DNA of 63,063 nucleotides, filler included, from Octopus bimaculoides (GCF_001194135.2; 4 parts of 4 records of this genome joined end to end with filler, not necessarily neighbours in it); one strand, 5' to 3'. Shown: positions 25,845 through 39,239, counted from the first letter of the whole stretch. Made by a program: numbers and translations. Notes: a model not told the origin generated them from the sequence alone.

Positions 25845-28087
25845 CTAAAGAAGAAAAGAAAAGAGGATAATTGATTAGTTAGTTACTAAATATGAAAACT
25901 ATTCAAGTCAATAATAATTTACGTTGGTATAATTTAACAAATAGAAATTTCATTGATTGACAGATATTATAACAAAGAATTAATATGATTGATTGATTGA
26001 TTACCAGTATTGATAGATAAGTCAATAAGTTACCGAACAACAAGTTAGAGGTTACCAGTTCATATTAACAAAAATGTCTGCTTGATCCAGGGGCCTTCTT
26101 AAATTCAAAAATGGAAGTGTTTAATTGGTGCCCTCATGAGAGAAAATTCATGTTCATATTTTGTTAGCAGCTCAACAATGCTGCTGTAGCCAATATGTTC
26201 AACTTTCAACTGTTAACTATACTTACTCTAAGTAATGGCAATTCTTTGTATTTGAGGGTCATGAAGAAGAGTGACAAGCCCTCAAGTGGCTGTGTGTGAT
26301 CCTTGAAAGACAAGTTCAGGAACATTTGCGGCAAATATTCAGCCTGCGCTTGGCAGTTTTAAAGTGAGAGTCAGTTTGTGTAGTCTAGTCCCACTCTTTA
26401 GACTTAGAGGCTAGACCACAGTGGCTCAGTAGGCTAAGACAACTGTGGTGTGTAGTATGCTATATGTTTTACATTGGAGTGACCTTCACCAAGTTGAATT
26501 GCTTTACAGGACAGGTGAGCTCCACCTACCCTGGACATACTCTTAGTACCACACTATTTTAAGTTATAACAGCTCAGTAAATTAGTCTATGTTGCTGTAT
26601 GTAGTTTCTAAGGTGACATAGACTATATAACTGTAAATAAATATCACAGGGTGGAATAGTTCACTATTATATATATATTGTATATAGTTTCCATGTGCCA
26701 GTGCCACATAAAATGCACTTGTGCTAGTGCCACATAAAAGCACCTGTACCTGTAGCATGTAAAAAGCACTCAGCACACTCTGTAAAGTGGTGGATATAAG
26801 GAACGGCATTCAGCCATAAGAATCATGCCAAAACAGACAGTTGGAGCCTGGCAAGCTCCTGTGAAACCATCCAACCCATGTAAACAAGGAAAATGCATGT
26901 TAAACAATGATGATAATGATGTACAGCAGGATGGTAAAACTCACTATTTTACATAGGTACCACAGGGTAGAATAGTCCATTATTGTATATAAGTTCTATA
27001 GGGTAGATTAATCTACCATTTATGTAAGTACAAAGGTTGCAATAGTATTCTTTTACAAAGGAATATCACTAAAAATAGTCCATGTAATACTATTTATATA
27101 CACGGCTAGAGTACCTTATAAAGTAGATTTAGTGGTTCAGAATTAACCTGTGGTTAAACAACAACATAAGCAAGTAAAGGTACCTCTATGTAGTCATGAA
27201 ACTGCTAGAAATAGCAGCTGAATTTCCCTCAAATCACATTCTGTCATCTTTATAAAAGACACATTGGATAATGTTGTCCTAGATACACTATGTCTGAAAA
27301 AAAAAATAATGTAGGATGATTTACAGCCAGGAGACCTTTGCCCATAGGCCTGCTGAATGAGTGTTGATCAAGGGCTAAAATACAGCAACAACAACAGTTA
27401 TAACAACATAGTTACAGGAATTAATGCTATGCAAGATAGCATGTGGGTCATGTGTGTGTGTTGGCATGTGAATATGAGTGTGTATTCACATTTGTGCCTA
27501 TGTGAATTATTTAAACTGGAAGACAGCAGCATATTTCAAAGTCAAATAGACATGACACCCCAACCAGAATTATAATCTACAGCAAACATCACTCAAGATG
27601 TTAGATGCTGATGCTACTGCTGATGATGATTATGATGTAGCGGTGGTGATGTGGTGGTGGTGGTAATGATGTAGTGGTAGAGATGGAAGTGGTGGTGGAT
27701 GTATAATTGAGTGTTGAGAAGTGGAAACATTAGATATAGCATAGATGATAGTGTGAGAGATGTGTGTGTGTGTTAGTGGTTGGCGTTAGGAAGGGCATCC
27801 AGCTGTAGAAACCCTGCCAAATCAGATTGGAGCCTGGTGTAGCCATCTGGTTCACCAGTCCTCAGTCAAATCGTCGAACCCATGCTAGCATGGAATGCGG
27901 ACGTTAAACGATGATGATGATGATGATGATGATATATACTATACATATATATATATATATATGTGGAGGCGCAATGGCCCAGTGGTTAGGGCAGCGGTTT
28001 TTGTGTGTTATTTTAAATGGCTTATAAACACCTTCCACGCTGCAATTGTTTATATATATATATATATATATAATATACACACACATA

Positions 28088-28833
28088 CAGGGTGCAATGG
28101 GTAAATTGTTGCCATTTTATATTTTTAATTTTGTGCATGTGCATTGTTTGTTTTTGGTTTTGTCAACTACACAGTACAATAGGGTCAGTTGGACACCATC
28201 TGTGAGAAAAACAAAACCATGATGCAATTGACTCTGCCAGAAATTTGGAAATGATGTTCTGTACTGTTTGACATTCGTACCAGAAGCTCTAATACAAACA
28301 TTTCAAAGTGTTTGGGTATCAATCTGAGGACAGTGCAATCTGAGGACAGTGCAATCTGAGGACAGTGCAATCCGAGGACATGTACTGAGAGTGATAAAAA
28401 TCAAACATCCAATCAACATCATGGTGTTTGGAGTGATCACTAGTGATGGTGACGTTATGCTACCATTCATCTTCTACCTACACGGCCTCAAACTCAACAT
28501 GGAGGCCCATATCAAGTGCCTGGAGGAGGTAGTGCTGCCCTTGGTCAAGAGGGTGACTGCTGGAAGACCCTATGTCTGGCAACAGGACACTGCACTATGC
28601 CACACAAGCAGGAGAACCCAGTTATGGCTGTCAGACAATTTCTGCGACCACATTACCCCTAACATCTGGCCACCTAACTCCCCAAACTGCAACCCCCTTG
28701 ATTATTATGTGTGGGGTGCAGTTGAGTGAGAGACCAACAAAACTCCTTGTAACACCAAAGATGAACTGAAAGCTAAGATTATGGCAGCATTCACTAACTT
28801 AAACAAGGAGACCATCCAGAAAAGTTGCAGAAG
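28088..28833 (+). mobile_element. Internally deleted maT-like element, copy 2
   Basis: TA|cagggtgcaatgggtaaattgttgcc left TIR. Same deletion junction and DDD-domain peptide as 12412-13268. Ends at a gap. Confidence 0.92.
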
Positions 28834-28933
28834 NNNNNNNNNNNNNNNNNNNNNNNNNNNNNNNNNNNNNNNNNNNNTTAATTAATTAANNNNNNNNNNN
28901 NNNNNNNNNNNNNNNNNNNNNNNNNNNNNNNNN

Positions 28934-29175
28934 GTGGCTCTTGCCTGAACGTACGCCCGTTCGAGCGAAGAGCCACGGCGCTTCGTCCGTTGCTCTTGCC
29001 TGAACGTACGCCCGTTCGAGCGAAGAGCCACGGAGCTTCGCCCGTTGCTCTTGCCTGAACGTACGCCGTTCGAGCTAAAAGCCACGGAGCTTCGTCCGTT
29101 GCTCTTGCCTGAACGTACGCCCGCTCGAACTAAAAGCTACGGAGCTTCGTCCGTTGCTTTTGCCTGAACGTACGC
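28934..29175. repeat. CpG-rich 55-bp tandem repeat, about 4.4 units visible (runs into a gap)
   Basis: Unit gctcttgcctgaacgtacgcccgttcgagcgaagagccacggagcttcgtccgtt starts at 28937, 28992, 29047, 29101 and 29156. Confidence 0.95.
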
Positions 29176-29329
29176 TATGCTGGCACACTACCAGTGTAAT
29201 TACCTTTTCAATAGTCAATCTTATGAGACTGGATTTTGGTGGAGAAGGGAGTTCGACATTGCTGCCCACGTATAGGTTGACATGGATATCTTTTATGTAT
29301 AAATGAACACATTTGTATCAATCAAAAGA

Positions 29330-30170
29330 CTACATTAGTGAACATACTTCTTTGTCAAAAACGATGAAAACCAGGATGCCATCATCAAATACGGTTTTAA
29401 ATTTAAAACCCCGCTGATAAACCAGTTCTTAATACTGCTTAAAGAATGTGACTTCATGCTAAATAGAAATATTTAATATAAAACATAATAGTCCTCAAAG
29501 AATCCATAAAGAGAAATTAGATGGTATAAAGAATCTGGATGTATATTTATCCACTCAAACAAAAACAAGAACCATTCTTAATACAACAAATTTCTCTGGT
29601 GGTTACCAAAAACTATAATGGAACGAAAGTTTGAAATAGACAACAGAAAGGAAATACTAGCATTCAAAACATCATACTTCACATTTAAGGATCATGAATC
29701 AGAGTTCGGTAATAAAGCCAATATACGATTATCGATTGTAAATTTTCGAAATTACATTTCCAAGACTATACACCCATCTCTAAAGACTTCGTTGCTGCAG
29801 TCCTTAATTATATCAAGTTTACTAATGAAGAAATAAAGATAATCTTACGCACCTAGGAAACTTTGGTAAACTTCTGTAATGCCATCTGGAATTAAAAGTA
29901 TTCGTTGTAAATATGGGCTCAGCAGACTCGGTATACATAAGTCAGATAATGTATACTATCGAACATATATTTAAAATTTTCTACGATCAAAAGAGGATTG
30001 TAACGTGAAGAGGTCTTCTATAATTCAGAAACATAAGCTCACAGATGACAGAGGATTAAGAAAAAAACTTAGTTTAAAAATACGATCCCTATATTACTAT
30101 TGAAACAAAAATTCTACCGTTAATATCTTAGACGTGACATTTAATGTTAATAATTGGCTGAACGGTTCGT
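29330..30170 (+). mobile_element. Decayed Penelope-like element reverse transcriptase
   Basis: YFTFKDHESEFGNKANIRL (compare FITLKDHK.NF.N.P.CRL) and ITIETK..VNILDVTFNV (compare VNFLDVTFNL). Confidence 0.75.
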
Positions 30171-31752
30171 TTCGTATGTCAAGCAAAACTCTAAGGTACA
30201 TCCATTAAACTCCTATGAGATCCTGTCACCCAGAAGAAATTAACCACATAAGAGGGCTGTGGAAAGAGTACACAGTCACGGCGGTGCCCCAGCATGACTG
30301 AAGCCGCAACGCTGAAGCACATAAAATGATGCGTGTGTGTGCGTATGGTGTGTGTTTGTGTGTGAGTGTGCATGTACGCAAATGCATCCATGTACGTATG
30401 CGTATACACACGTGTGTGTGCGTGTGTGCATGTGTGTATGTGTGTGTGTGCGTGTGTATGTATAGTTTGGTATTCGTATATGTGATGTGCACGTATTGTG
30501 TACATTGTGCTGAAGTGACATTAATTCAAAGAACGAAGAAAAGAGAGAGAGAGAGACCTACTCACAAAATCTCACACGCAGCAGTTCCAACGCCCTAAAC
30601 ATGGCCAACAACGCTTACAGGTGACAACTCAAGCATCAACCCACAATTCCTTGCTGTCTCCTTCGCTTGCTCTATGCATCAGTCATTCTTCTAAATTCAA
30701 TTAAATATACATGCAGACCTGTTTTTTTTTTAAAATTGTGATGAATTGAGATTAGTTGTTCAATTACCTAATAGCTTTTACAGGAAATTCTTTAACAGAT
30801 TCCATTGCTTTCGAACCAACCAACGAAAACATCAAAAATTCACCTCCCACCCCGCCCTAAATTTTCCTCCCTTCCACCTGCCCTAAATTTTTCTCTCCCC
30901 AACAAATTTGCTCCTTTGTCTATTTTTTTAATTCTCTTACCGTAACAATTTTATTTTATTTTATTTTTAACACACAAACGCACACTTTATCTCTCTCTCT
31001 CTTTTTCTCTGTCTCACACCTACAAACACACACACAGTCTCTCTCTGCCTATCTCCTTCTCTCACACACACGCTCTCTCTCTGTCTTCCTCTCCTCTGTC
31101 TCTAATAAATCATCCGTACAAACACTCGTAAACAGACACAAGTCTGTATTCACGCACACGCACATTTATACACTTTCATGTAAACACCCGCCCACACAAA
31201 TGCATACAAACACACATATAGACTCATACATTCTCTCACATTTAGACCCCTCTACACCGCACAGACATACATACGCATATTCACATACACGCGAACACAT
31301 CAGATACTCACATACTCATGTACACACGTTTATACAAACACACGCTCTCTTACACAAATGCGCACATACATACGCAAGCTTATACATACATATACACAGA
31401 CATGCAGGCATCACCACACGTACACACATACTCATGCTCTCTTACAAACTCTCACACACACATACATATACGTGTCGACATAAACACATGCATAAACACA
31501 AGCAGCCACATAAAACCACGTGCCCATATATGTACAAACACATACTCACAGAAACACACACACACACACACACACACGGAAGTTCTCTGAAACACGCACT
31601 CACACATACATACACCCATACATACAAACACACATAAGCATATGCAAGCACATGAAAACATACACTTAAGCTTTCTTACACACATATACACAGGCACATA
31701 CACTAACATAATCACACCCATATAATCACAGACCCTTACGCAAACAAGCTTT

Positions 31753-31789
<37 letters not shown>

Positions 31790-31879
31790 GTGTGCACATA
31801 CACAAACATGCATGTAAACACAATGTACAGATTGGCCGACAACACTTCCATAATCTTCCCTTAATCATGCGTGTTGATT

Positions 31880-32340
31880 ACAGATTTACTTCGACAAGAG
31901 GTAATCCATGCAAGAAAATCCTACCCTAACAAGGGTACTCGCAATAGCATTTGCTAATTTCAATCGTGGCACTCCGTCGGTTACGACGACGAGGGATCCA
32001 GTTGATCCAATCAACGGAACAGCCTGCTCGTGAAATTAACGTCCAAGTGACTGAGCACTCCACAGACACGTGTTCCCTTTATGTAGTTCTCAGGGAGATT
32101 CAGCGTGACACAGAGTGTGACAAGGCTGGCCTTTTGAAATACAGGTACAACAGAAAGAGTGAGAGAAAGTAGTGGTGAAAGGGTGCAGCAGGGTTCGCCA
32201 CCATCCCCTGCCAGAGCATCGTGGAACTTTAGGTGTTTTTGTTCAATAAACACTCACAACGCCCGGTCTGGGAATCGAAACTGCGATCCTACGACCGCAA
32301 GTCCGCTGCCCTAACCACTAGGCCATTGCGCCTCCACGCT
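31880..32340 (-). mobile_element. tRNA-headed SINE family C
   Basis: Minus strand ggcgcaatggcctagtggttagggcagcggacttgcggtcgtaggatcgcagtttcgattcccagaccggg has box A/box B-like motifs. A truncated head lies at about 27966-27997. Confidence 0.8.
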
Positions 32341-33539
32341 AATTTCAATAACTTCGAGATTTTAAGTTATTTTCTTTTTAAAGCTTCTTCGAAAATTAAA
32401 GAAATGAAAAAAAAAAAGAAGGAAAAGCAAAAAATAACAAACAAAAATGCTGGATTTTTTTCCTTTCTGTTTTTCTGTAGAGTGCTTACAGAACAAAATG
32501 GAGTAAAGGATGTCTGACATTGTTGAAAGCTCAGGAACTTAATTTTTATGGAATTGTTGGAACCCGAAGAATACGTCAAGGTTGTGCTTAATGGAAATGC
32601 GTTGCAGATTCTTTAAGCAATTTCAACTAATTTAAACTAATCAACGCCACCAGCACCACAACCACCGTCACCAGCAACAGCAGCAGCAGCAGCACTGGCA
32701 GTATTAGCACCAGCCGCACCAACAGCATCACTAGCCACAGCAGCAGCAGCACCACCACCACCACCGCCGCCACCACCAACAACAACAATAATGGCTTCCG
32801 ATTTAGATGAAAATCCAACAAATCTCAGGGAAGGTTATTATCGCTTCCGATAATTGGCTTGTACGAACCAGGGGGAATGAAAGGCAAAGTTGACCTCGGA
32901 GTAATTTGAACGCTGAACCTAAAGAGCCGGAAGAAATACCACAAAGGATTTTATCAATAATAATAGTGAAAGGATGTGTTAAGAATTTTAGAGGTACACA
33001 CACGCACAAACATACATCAACACATATACACATACATATACACAGATATGTATGTGCACACATAAACGTACATATAGATTTGCACGGAAAGTAAAAAACT
33101 ACAATACAGGACACGATAATTAAAACAAATTACAATTAAAGGAAATATAACGTGAAAGATTACTTTCTCAAACTGCATTCAAGTGCAGTCAAATGTACCA
33201 GTGAGTATTTTTAGAGATATTTGGTATTGAAAAGCGCCGAAATATTGAAGGAATTCTCCTTTAAGTTCTGTGTTGTATCTTCTTTTATATTTTCTTAATA
33301 ATCTGTCTTTCGCAAGTTCTTTATATTCTGAACTGGTTTTGTGATGTATAACTTCTTCGGAGAAGCTGAAAGATATTGGAGTTGAGACTCGCACTGTCGA
33401 CCTACTGGAAAGTGTCATTCTATATTCTGCACAAGTCTCCTTAAATTACTTAAATCTCGAGAAAGATTCTCAATATTTAAGGAGATTTGCTGTTACTAAA
33501 CTTCAGTATAACAGCCTAGTAACTATATATCTATATTCT

Positions 33540-33915
33540 TTTATTCTTTTGCCTGTTTCAGCCATTTGACTGCGGTCATGTTGTAGCACCGCATTTAGTC
33601 GAACAAATCGATCCCACGACTTATTCTTTGTAAGCCTAGTACTTATCCTATCAGTCTCTTTTTTGCCGAACCACTAAGTTACGGGGACGTAAATACACCA
33701 ACATCGGCTGTCAAGCGATGATGGGGGACAAACAGACAGACAAACACACACACGATGGGTTTCTTTCAGTTTCCGTCTACTAAATCCGCTCACAAATCCT
33801 TGGTCGGCTTGAGACTACAGTAGAAGACACTTGCCCAAGGTGCCACGCAGTGGGACTGAACCCGGGACTATGTGGTTGGAAGCAAGCTTCTTACCACACA
33901 GCCATGCCTGCGCCT
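33540..33915 (-). mobile_element. SINE family A, near full length
   Basis: Reverse complement of the 3718-4140 family, head through tail. Confidence 0.88.
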
Positions 33916-34644
33916 ATATGTCCGAGGATTCTACCTCTACGACCCTCAAAGAAATAAGTTGGGGAGGAAAATAGATGGATGGGTGGATGGGTAGATGGCC
34001 GACATATTAATGTCAGTGTTGTTATTGTTGTTGGTGCTATTGTTATAGTTGTTTTTTAACTGCAATTTGACTTATGGTCATGTTTTCGGATCGTGATATC
34101 CCCAAACCACAGTTATGATATCAGAGATATTTGGCTGCTACTTCTAGCATGTCTAGTGTCCACTTAGAAGCCCTTTTGTCAGTAATTCTTATTTACAGTT
34201 CGGTTTTCCCATTTTGGATAAAAAAAACAAAACAAAAGCAAAGAAACATAAAACAAAACAAAACAAAACAAAACAAAAAACTCAAATTTTTTAATCAGTG
34301 AGAAAAAATAAATAATTTTGTGACATCATCCGGATGACATATAATAAGTTAAGTGGTGGTTGTTGTTGTGGTTGTTGCAGTGGTGTTGCTGTGGTTGGGG
34401 TCGTGGTGGTGGTGGTTGTGGTGGTGGTGGTGGTGGTAGGGCACCACATTTAATGGATTGTAACATTAAAAGTTTAACCTGCTTTAGAGTTTGAATGGTT
34501 ACAAGCATTAAATATGCTTTCAACCACTTAACTAGAGTTTTTAACAATAGTTAAAGTGGTGAAAGGTGGATAATTAACGGAAGCTGTTTGTTAAGAATGT
34601 GGTGCAAGTGAATTCAAGCGTCCATGCTTGGTAAGGAAACGCTG

Positions 34645-34687
<43 letters not shown>

Positions 34688-34819
34688 AACTACTACTAAT
34701 AATAATGATAATAATGGTTTCAAATTTTGGCACACAGTCAGCAATTTCGGGGGAGGTGTTCAACTGGTACTTATTTTATCGACCCTCGTAAGGATGAAAG
34801 GCACAGTCGACATCGGCGG

Positions 34820-34844
34820 AATAATAATAATGATGATGATGATG

Positions 34845-34887
<43 letters not shown>

Positions 34888-34907
34888 TAATAATAATGAT
34901 AATAATG

Positions 34908-34955
<48 letters not shown>

Positions 34956-34958
34956 GTC

Positions 34959-34998
<40 letters not shown>

Positions 34999-35000
34999 TG
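34820..35000. repeat. (AAT)n microsatellite
   Basis: Directly visible. Confidence 0.98.
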
Positions 35001-35004
35001 ATGG

Positions 35005-35750
35005 CTGTGGATGACTAAAAGCGATTTAAAACCGGAAATGGAGGCACTAATCTGTGCTGCCTAAGAGCAAGCATTAAGAACAAACTACATAAAATACAGA
35101 ATTGACAACACAGCAGAAAGTGATAAGTGCAGAATCTGTGGAGAAAATGGTGAAACCGTATGGCATATTACCGGCCGATATACGCCACTAGCGAAGAAGG
35201 AATATAAGAGATGCCACGACAATGTAGCCAGGCTTGTCCATTGGACACTTTGCAACAAGTATGGATTTGACAGAGCAAAAAATTGGTACGACCACAAACC
35301 TGAAGGCATCATCGAAAATAGAAATGCAAAGATCCTACGGGATTCTATCTTTCAGTGCGACCATGAGATAGAGAATAGGAAGTCAGACATAGTCTTAATT
35401 GGGAAAGAAAACACACTATGCTGGATCATAGATATAGCATGCCCAGCAGACAACAGGGTATGCGATAAGGAAGAAAGAAAAGTCGAGAGATATGACATGT
35501 TAGCTTGGGAAGGAAAGCAGTTGTGGTCGATGAAAAAGGTAGCAGTAGTACCNNNNNNNNNNAAGGAAAGCAGTTGTGGTCGATGAAAAAGGTAGCAGTA
35601 GTACCAGTAATTGTCGGAGCCCTGGGAACAGTGAGCAAAAGTCTTGAGAAGTACATGGAACATATTGGGGGTTGCAATAAGGGTGGAGCAGTTGCAGAAA
35701 ACAGCAATGCTTGGAACAGCTCAAATACTCTGGAAGGTGCTCGAAAAATA
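35005..35750 (+). mobile_element. R4/Dong-like LINE 3' part: CCHC zinc knuckle and restriction-like endonuclease
   Basis: EALICAA*EQALRTNYIK...CRICGENGETVWHI...HDNVARLVHW...DIVLI...IIDIACP...VVPVIVGALGTV...QKTAMLGTAQIL. Confidence 0.92.
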
Positions 35751-36894
35751 AGATGTGGCAAAGTGCTTACCGGCATTTTGTCGGTGTTCACATTCTGAAT
35801 TGCAAATCCATCCTTGCCTTTCATAATTTCGGGGTTAAGAAAACAAGTACTAGCTGAGCACTGGGGACGCTGTGATCGACTTTTCATCTCCCACGAAATG
35901 CTGGCCTTGTGCCAAAATTTGAAGCCAATAAATACATGATGTTTTGCCGAGTTAAGAAACTCTTCTTCTTCTTCTTCTTCTTCTTTGTTCCTCCTCCTTC
36001 TTCCTCTCCTCCTCCTCCTCCTTCTTCTTCTTTTTCTTCTTCTTCTTCTTCTTCTTCTTCTTCTTTGTTCCTCCTCCTTCTTCCTCTCCTCCTTCTTGTA
36101 TTTCTTCTTCTTGTACTTGTTGTTCTTCTCTCCCTTCTTCTTCTTCTTCTTCTTCTTCTTCAGAGAATAGCGTAACCACGAAATAAGTAAAATATCATTT
36201 TCCCAGTGCTTAGGGGAGTGGAGTGGGTGTAAGTTTAAGAGTTCACATATTACATTATTATCATTATTGTTGTTGTGTCCTTGAGCAAGACTTTCAACTT
36301 AACGTGTCTCGTGACTAATTAGAGAAGTCATTATTTTATTAGATTGATATTATATATCTAAGGATGAAATGAACGATAAAGAAGCACGAAAAAAAAAAAG
36401 AGGCCAAACAATACAAAAAAAAATGGAATAATGTATAGATTTTCATGGATTTTTCACTTTTGGAATATCACGCCACCTTGAAGCCAGTTTTTGGATTTGG
36501 TAAGAGGAGTGACAAAATGTAAATTAAAAAAAAAAGGTATAAAAAGATGAAAGACAGGTAAGGGAGAAGAAAACGATTTTTTTTTCTGAAATAATTCTCG
36601 AGGCTATTTTTGATACTTGAATGAAAGGTCCCTGCTGATTGTCAAATCCATTTTTAATGAAATGTACCGCTTCCACCTACTGTGTTGTGTTGAAATACCT
36701 ACCAATTGCCTACAGTAATAAAGCGATGGAAATGAATGCCCGATAAAGATTGATGAAAGTGAAAGCCTCACAAGAGCTCAAGAAAATCGAGGTAATAATA
36801 GAAGCTATGTATGTGATATGACTACAATAAAGTATGGTAATTCTGTGGACGCATTCTCGAGTTATTTTATTTTATTAATTTATTTTCAGAATTT

Positions 36895-37350
36895 CTTAAT
36901 TCCAGTTTCCCGGTTTTCAACGAGTGCTCAACGTTTTTTCTTTTCATTCAGCTTTCCGCTTGTATCCCACCATGTCAGCGACGGCATTAACAGCAGCTAT
37001 GATTAACTGGCTTGTTTCACTCATGTTTTTTGTTCTAACGAAGCTCAAAACGTCATTTATTTTGCCGGTGGGCCTCCTTACTTTCCCTCTGTTCATATAT
37101 ATGACATTCGGTAGTACCTTATTGTTCCCATCATACATTTTACCTCGCAGGATTCCTAGAATCTCCTTTTTGTCATTGAGCATTTACTGTCACTTCTCCA
37201 TCTAGATCATCTTCACTATTTACTTCATCAGCAACCTCAGTCCTTCATTTTCATATTCTTTATCTCTTACCCCTTCATTACCACTTTTTAATTCTGCTGT
37301 TTCTTTCTCTTCCTTCTCGTTTTTTAATTATTTTTCTCTGGATTTCTTCA
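36895..37350 (-). mobile_element. R4/Dong-like LINE ORF, pre-RT fragment
   Basis: KINDVLSFVRTKNMSETSQLIIAAVNAVADMVGYK resembles the N.VL..I.T.NITETN.LI.AA...V...LG.K segment of these elements. Confidence 0.6.
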
Positions 37351-37457
37351 ACCTCTAATCTTGTAATCCAGTCATTCATACAAATTGTCCTTGCTTGGTC
37401 AATCAGTCGTTGGGCGGATGCTTCCAAAACTCCTTTTTCTTCCCATTATTATTATTA

Positions 37458-37920
37458 TTGAGTGATAGAGCAGTGCATGCCATCAAAGTGACACTGGGTA
37501 AAATATACGAAGCCCATTATACCCATCATGACTACCCGTCTGATAAGGGTACACCAGGCACATGCATCACAACCACATGTGCGCGACGTGGTGATCTCAT
37601 ATCAAAATAAACAGCGCATGAACTCGCAAGTGGGGCCCAGTTAGGATTTTCTTCAGGTCGAGTAGCCCATCTCGCTCAAAAGGTCCCTGAATAAGGTTTG
37701 TTTAAGGATTTTGAGCAAAACACCCATGTTTCCAAAGGTGAATTATTCAAACCCCAAAGAATTCTTCTCGACACATGGCTATGATGCTCCCCCACTACTT
37801 CTGCTCATGATCAGAGATGCACATATCGTCAGCCACCAAGGGACATGCTCAACTGGTTAAGGTCAAACAACTGACAAGCAAATCTGTGGTATTAAGCAGA
37901 ATATTTGCTGTAGCCACATC
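37458..37920 (+). repeat. Unclassified interspersed repeat (gagtgatagagcagtgcatgccatcaaagtgacactgg...)
   Basis: Follows an (ATT)n run. Recognised from recall as a common octopus repeat; no coding signal. Confidence 0.45.
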
Positions 37921-39189
37921 CCCGCAGCATGAGCTGAACGGATAATATTGTAATTACACTTGCAAAAAGGCGGATTGGCAGAGTCATTAGAGTGTCGAAC
38001 AAAATGCTTCATGGAATTTGTTCCAAATCTTTTGCACTTTGAGTTCAAATCCTGCTTAAGTCAGTTTTGCTTTTCAGCCTTTCGGTGTCTAGGAAAAGTA
38101 CTAATCCAGTGTCATGGGTTGGCAAGAACTATTAAGAATGTCGGACCGTATTCGTTCCAGTTCTTTGCATTTTGAGTTCAAATCACGCCATGACCTAATC
38201 GGGCGTTTTTAGCGGAGTTCGTTCTATTGCAAACATTCTGGATAGATTCTCGGTTTAAAGATACTTTTCTTTCTCCAACACCAAGCGCAATTAGATAATA
38301 GTCATCCTTACTGTTCTATCTTTTACATATAGAATATTGAAAGCATGAAAATATCCCTTGAATTTTCACATCAATTGACGAATATATATCACATATTCTG
38401 CGTATAATAATTGAAGAGATGAATGTATGACATATTTCCAAACGTTTTCTTAGCCACCATTCAAATCTTTTAACCCTATTTCGATGTGTTTACAAATATT
38501 TTTGATTGGGTGTTGTTATGCTTTCTACCTGCGTGAATCGTCTGACTAACCGGCAAAGTGAGACGCAGAATAATGACTCACAGATTGAGTATTCTTTTCC
38601 CTGTCAACTCGAACGTTCACCAATATACACACGCACATTAAGTTTTCTTTTATTTTTTATTATACAGTTTATCTGTCTGTTTTTCTACATTTATTCATCT
38701 TTTTATATAATTTTCGTGTGGAAGAGCAGCTTTATACTAAACAGTTTGGAATAATTCAACAATCCGTATTCCTTATAATATATCTAAATATATGAATCGT
38801 TTCTAAATAAGACGAGTACAAAGAATCATAATACCCAATAACTCCGGTCTTTCGTAAACAATCTCTTCCTAAATAATAGTCATAAAAGAAATTTTAAAAT
38901 ATCACACAATTGTAAACACAGACGTCAAGAAAATTTAATTAGCAATATAGCAATATATCTCTTCTTGTAGTGTTTGCCAAAAATTTTGTAAGACTTTTAT
39001 CTTTTCACGTTGTATATATTGAAAGAAAAACAACAAAAAACAAAAATAGCACCAAAAAAAAGAAACAACAAACACGAAGCAAAACAAGAAAGAGTAACAT
39101 TGACCTACCTAAAAAAAAAAAAGAATCAAATTTTAAATGTAAATATCCAAACAAACGAACTTTAGTCTTCCCCGAATAATAATAATAAC

Positions 39190-39221
<32 letters not shown>

Positions 39222-39239
39222 TAAAAAGGAAGAAAATAA

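Noticed and set aside
26227-26370. Minus-strand gtaagt donor at 26221-26226 as NT5M exon 2
   Set aside because: The only long open frame ends in phase 0 (phase 2 is needed) and shows no similarity to NT5M.
28834-28933. TTAATTAATTAA islands inside N runs (also about 58268-58280 and 61814-61826)
   Set aside because: An identical 12-mer with stops in all six frames, centred in gaps. This is an assembler gap spacer, not biology.
28934-29175. 55-bp repeat as a CRISPR array or hammerhead array
   Set aside because: There are no unique spacers and the context is eukaryotic. No CUGANGA plus GAAA core exists on either strand.
32260-32340. tRNA-like sequences (also 3718, 45176, 59334) as tRNA genes
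   Set aside because: They have box A/B motifs but no complete cloverleaf, and they continue into repeat bodies. These are SINE heads.
33179-33418. 79-aa minus-strand ORF considered as NT5M exon 1
   Set aside because: It has no DxD motif or NT5M similarity in any frame and no convincing phase-compatible donor.
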